From Amoebidium appalachense (Eukaryota > Protista > Ichthyosporea): DNA of 64,000 nt. Where the stretch lies: contig CAVNZM010000010.1 in assembly GCA_963693365.1 (NCBI GenBank), forward strand, positions 5,331,294-5,395,293, given 5' to 3'. A program made the position numbers and the translations under genes. Numbering within the stretch: position 1 is the first letter of the stretch; every line of letters starts with the position of its first letter. The notes below the pieces were generated by a model, which was given only the letters and a program-made list of their open reading frames with translations, was not told the DNA's origin and searched no databases. Shown in pieces: positions 28,944 to 64,000 of this stretch.

Positions 28944-29079
28944 GCGCACGCACGCACGCACACAACCACGCACACCCTCACGCACGCAGGCACACACACA
29001 CACACGCACACAGAGACACACACACACACACACACACACAGACACACACACACAACCATGCACGCGCTCATGCACGCAG

Positions 29080-29141
<62 letters not shown>

Positions 29142-30244
29142 ACACACAAGCACACAAAACCTTCACTGATTGTCTTGTTGTGTCTGCCGTTGTGACGATG
29201 CTGTTTCCATGCTCTAACCTGTTAGGCTAAGCAGACTTCTGCCTACATAGCAGGGTCAGCTCTAATCACTTTGTACAATAGTTCATCACGTTCCCTTTCT
29301 GTCTGTCAGCACTTCCAACTCAGCCCCCCCCACCCCCCCCCCACCTTCATCGTCTCTCTCTCTCTCTCCCTCTCTCCGAACAGTTGCGGCTTTTCACCTA
29401 CCATATGTGGAGTAACGAGCTATTGGGAAAGCACACAGACAATCACGCGCCTGCATCGGGTGCTCTGATCTATAAGAGACGTTGCACATATGCTGCTCAG
29501 TCTATAGCGAAGTGTTCAAGAAATGCGTTATGCATCACTTTGGGTTGCACACAAGCATACGCAACAGCGTGCGTTAGCCACCTCAGGGCATTGTGTGCTT
29601 CTCGATATTCAGTGTGCAAATAAGACTTCAACAATGCAAAAATTTAGACAAGAACACACTTCGATACTGCCAAACTGCGGAACTCTATTTAGTCCGGAGG
29701 CCAATTAATTATGTAGGAATTACGTTTCAGTGATATCATGCTTTTCCAGTTGCTGGAAATCGAAGCCCCCTGCCCCCCCCTGCTTCCTACTCTTCTCAAA
29801 CAGAACCAAAGGTTTTTATAGTACATGTCGATAAACATCCCCCCCCCTCCCTTCAACCCCCCCACCACAGGAAGAAAAAAAAACAAACATCCCAGGCGGC
29901 ATAAGAGCCCATTATAATGTACTTCGCGAATCTAGATTGCATCATATCAGGGTGGTGCGTGTTGACCGGCTTAGATACAGGATATCCCAGCCTAATTCCA
30001 CGGTATTTACAGTGTACTACGATTCATTTTCAATGAAGCGGCCATGTCTTCAGCCCAAATATACGCTTGATACCCCCCTCCCCCCTCCCCCCAACCACAT
30101 CACAAATAGAATACACTAACATACAGACTCCTCCCCCCCCCCCCCCCCCCCCCCCCCTCCCCCCCCCCCCCCCTCCCCGCGGAGCCACCACCACCACCAC
30201 CAAGCAAAACTTTGAAACTCCACCAATCATTTCCGTAGCACCCT

Positions 30245-60326
<30,082 letters not shown>

Positions 60327-61110
60327 TCAGCCGAAATTGTGACCGTAACCGGCAAGATCATTGCATGTTCCTTCCCTCTTTCTCTCTGTTTAGTCTAATT
60401 CGCGCTAAAAGCTTCTTTTCTGTCGATGCATTGAATCAACCCAAAAGCAAGGGTGACCAATCAATCTGTGGTAAGACAGACAGAAAACGAGAACTCGAGA
60501 TCTCTTCCACCAGAAGACAGAGTTACACGTCCCAGGCAGTAGGCAGCCTTGCCCCACTTGTACCGCTCCCCCCTTATACTATGATAGGGTACACCCTGTT
60601 CCACCTTGCCAACAAAAGCAAATGAACAACTGACAAAACAACCTCACAGCTAAAGAGGCGCGCCAAAAAAAGCAGGCCGGTCGAAACTGGAAACAGAGAG
60701 CGGCTGCGGCTCGCTGTGATCTTAGGAAATTTTCCGTATTGCGGTTTTTCAATCGCTAATCGCTCGCGATTCTCCAGATCTAGATACAGCAAGCCTGGCA
60801 ATCTGTTACTCTGAGACTGGAACAGGGAAAACATTGATATACTACCCAAGTACTGTACATGTATTCTAAAACACAATACGCTCACAATGCAATACCACAT
60901 CATATATGTCCACCCGCCCCCGCCCCCTCGCCTCCCTCCCAGGCTCCATCCCAGGCTCCCTCCCCCCCCCCCCCCCCCCCCCCCCGCCCCCTGCCTCTCC
61001 CCCGTCTCCCTCCCCCCCCCCCCCCCCCCAACCTTCCCCCCCTCCACACCCCCACAACCCCACTCCTCCCCCGGCCACCTCCGCCACACACCCCCCTCCC
61101 CTCCCCCCTC

Positions 61111-61141
<31 letters not shown>

Positions 61142-61500
61142 ACCCACCCACCCCACTTCGTGGGCCACCCCCAACTTCCGCCAGCCCCATCGTCCTTCCT
61201 CGTCGTCTCCCGACACCTGCTAGCCCTTTAATAATGCCACCACCATCCCCGAAAGCCAAACCCCCCCCCCCCCCCCCCGCCCCTTTTCCTCCGCCCCCTC
61301 CCCCTCCCAAATCCTCTCCGCAAAATAACTTTGAAATAAAAAATAGAAGGGGGCTCTTCATTAATTACTACTGTGTAGCCTAAGTTATCATATTTATATT
61401 CACCTAAGACGGTGGTTTGGAATATTATGACACTAAAAGACAAACAAACTTGAAGAAACCTCGAGCGTTCGAACTTCATTTTTTTGATTCTGCCCCATCC

Positions 61501-61531
<31 letters not shown>

Positions 61532-61694
61532 AAAAAAAAAAAAAAGAAAGAAAGAAAGAAAAGAGAAAAGAGAAGAGAAGAAAATAAAAAGAACCCGAGT
61601 GCACATCAGCAAAATAAATCTCTCTCTCTCTCTCTCTCTCCCCCCCCCCCCCCCCCCAAAAAAAAAAAAAAAAAAAAAAAAAAACAGCCCAAGT

Positions 61695-62006
61695 GCACAT
61701 CAGCCAAAATCAACTTGCTGCGAGGTGAATTACTGTTAAACGCAGAGAGTTACCCCCGCAAGGTGCTGGGAAACAAGGAATTACCTCAGTCAGTAGCAAC
61801 GGAATTATTCTGATTGAAGCAGAAATGGTCTGCTTGGAACGCTTTTTTTTTTTTGCTGCCGTAAGCTGAATAATTCTTCTAGAAGCTGAATTATTCTATC
61901 TCCGCAGGATAATTTTGCTAACTTAAAGAGCCAGACAATTCTCGAATACTTCTAATTTTTGCAGAAAGACTCTGCACGGAGCAGGTTTATTGATTCTGCT
62001 GATGTG
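61695..62006. mobile_element. Possible degenerate inverted-repeat element
   Basis: CACATCAGCCAAAATCAACTTGCTGCG versus reverse complement of CGGAGCAGGTTTATTGATTCTGCTGATGTG; internal GAATTATTC repeats; left end partly duplicated at 61602. Confidence 0.4.
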
Positions 62007-62703
62007 GTTGCTCCCCCCCTCCCCCTCTCCCCCCTCATCCTCCTCCTCCCCCGTCCCTTCCCCCCCTTCCCCCCCCCCCCCCCCCCCCCCCCCCGACCCC
62101 CCCCTCTCACCCCAGGTTTCCCCTCCTGGGGCCCCGCCACGGTTCGTGAGTTGCGAAACGCGTGTCCGTCTGCACGTAATGTTTTACCCGGTCAGTGAAT
62201 GAAGGCTCGTAATATTAGTACCTGACGAGACATTAATAATTGGATTTTATCGTAACAAGTCTCACGGCCGCCATCAGGCATGCAGGAGGTGCAACAGTTG
62301 ACCACTACGTCTAAAATCTTCTAGTAGGCCTAATGCCCGTATACGGCCTAATAAAATTACAGGCAGTGTAGCATGCTTGCTGAAACTATATTGCACTTTC
62401 CCATGATGTTGAACAGGAGGCCAAGGCCTGGCCCGGTCACAATCTTTGGGGTTAGAGCTCGAGTGTGAAGGGCAGGGGTGGAAAATGGTCGCAATGGACA
62501 TGTCACATGTTATTCCGCCGATTCGGGGCGTCACTAAAGTGAAAGAGATTTTTCTCCTCGAGCCGCTTTGTATGCGCCGGTTTTTTTTGCAACTGCTCTT
62601 TTTTTTTTTTTTTTTTTTTGGTGGGGGGGGGGGAGGGGGGAGGGGGGGGGGGGGGGGGGGGGTGGTAAAGGTGGTGTGTGTGTGCGCGTGCAAACATGTA
62701 TGA

Positions 62704-62771
<68 letters not shown>

Positions 62772-62929
62772 TGTGTACGTGTGTGAGGGTGTGGGCGCGC
62801 TCTTGTGTGGGTACATGCATGTGTACATGTGTGCGTATGTGCACGCTTGTGTGTGTGTGTGTGTGTCGCATGTGTGTGTCTCCTTGTACCTGTTTGTGTG
62901 TGTGTGTGTGACCGTGTGTGCGCGTGCGT

Positions 62930-62976
<47 letters not shown>

Positions 62977-63239
62977 GCGTGGGACGCCCGGGGAGGGGGG
63001 GGGGGGGGGGGGTGCACATCACATGAATCTCCAAAGCTACTGAATAGCTACACGTAGTTGCACCTGGGGGCCCCTCACACGAACGGTGGCCGAGATGCCT
63101 ATACACCCCGAACACTATGTCAATACTGGTATGCATATGTACCTGACCCCAGGGCACCCTCAAGCACATACACCTTGCTTTTAGGCATTTTTGAATTTGA
63201 AATGGGGGGGTGGGCAGTAGTAAGTATTGAGGTCCCCCC

Positions 63240-63385
63240 TGGTGGTGGGTCCCCCCCCCCCCCCCTTGGGGGACCCACCTGCTCGAGGGGGTGGTGGGTC
63301 CCCCCTTTCCCCCCCCCCCCCCCCCCCTCCTAAGCTGACCACCGGGGGTGGTGGGTCCCCCCCCCCCCCCCCCCCCCCCCCCGCG
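63240..63385. repeat. GGTGGTGGGT(C)n tandem repeat x3
   Basis: Units at ~63241, 63290 and 63347. Confidence 0.7.
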
Positions 63386-63469
63386 GGGAATCCAACGCGA
63401 CCCTCCGCGCCGGCCGCAGCTGCGTACCTTCTCAAGTTCTGGGAGGCTCGCCTTCTCCCCCTCCTCCCT

Positions 63470-63501
<32 letters not shown>

Positions 63502-64000
63502 CCTCACCCCCTCTCACTCCACCACCATCCCCAACATTAAGTTTGTACAAGTCTTCTTCCCTCCCTAAAATGTAACCAAGGCTTCGAACTTTGACACAGT
63601 TGGGGCAAATCTATCATGCACAACATGTCACTGGGAGTGTGTGTCTGCAACTTTTGTGCCGTGTAGACGTGGGACCGTGTGTGTATGTGTCCTTAAGGTA
63701 GGTGGGCATTCGGCACTGCTAATCATTGTGGTGGCCTGACAGTGTGCAAGTAAACGTCGTGCCACATGTGCAAGCTGTGTAACGCAAAGCGCTTAGCATG
63801 TGCAAAATTACATGGGTTCACGTGTGTGCTAGAGAAGAGGGTGTGTGCACACGTGTGGGTGTCACTGTGCATGTGTGTCTCAGTGAGTGTTTGCCTGTGT
63901 GTGCGTTTGTGTGCATATGTGTGCGTGTGGTGTGTGCGTGTGTGTCAGTGATTGAGGGAGCTCCCAAATTCTCTGGCCCAAATCTGCACGCGCGCATGTG

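Noticed and set aside
63575-63640. B-box-like GTTCGAAGCC (minus) suggesting a tRNA or SINE; similar at ~19405
   Set aside because: No cloverleaf or A box could be built.

Overview
Eukaryotic, intron-rich genomic DNA saturated with (CA/TG)n microsatellites and 15-50 nt C/G homopolymers. Gene content and splice signals suggest a unicellular holozoan such as an ichthyosporean, but that is inference. Most long ORFs in the supplied track are repeat artefacts; the real genes were rebuilt by hand from GT-AG exons with consistent phases. They are: the C-terminal ~1160 aa of a Piezo channel (+, 19 exons, 60-16090); a small, probably damaged ankyrin-repeat gene (-, ~20985-23690); a PQ-loop lysosomal amino-acid transporter (-, 4 exons, 24829-27528); and a complete 39-exon phosphorylase kinase regulatory subunit, beta-like (-, 30245-60326). 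PHK intron 5 holds a 5'-truncated Penelope-like (Naiad/Chlamys-type) retroelement with an uninterrupted RT frame. Six more fragments of its 3' end lie in other PHK introns, each abutting a (C)n tract and all in the sense orientation. Three copies contain a ~155-nt covarying, pseudoknotted RNA motif that carries all three hammerhead core segments in a non-canonical order; this is the best candidate for an undescribed system. Two TTAA-type foldback MITEs are also present.
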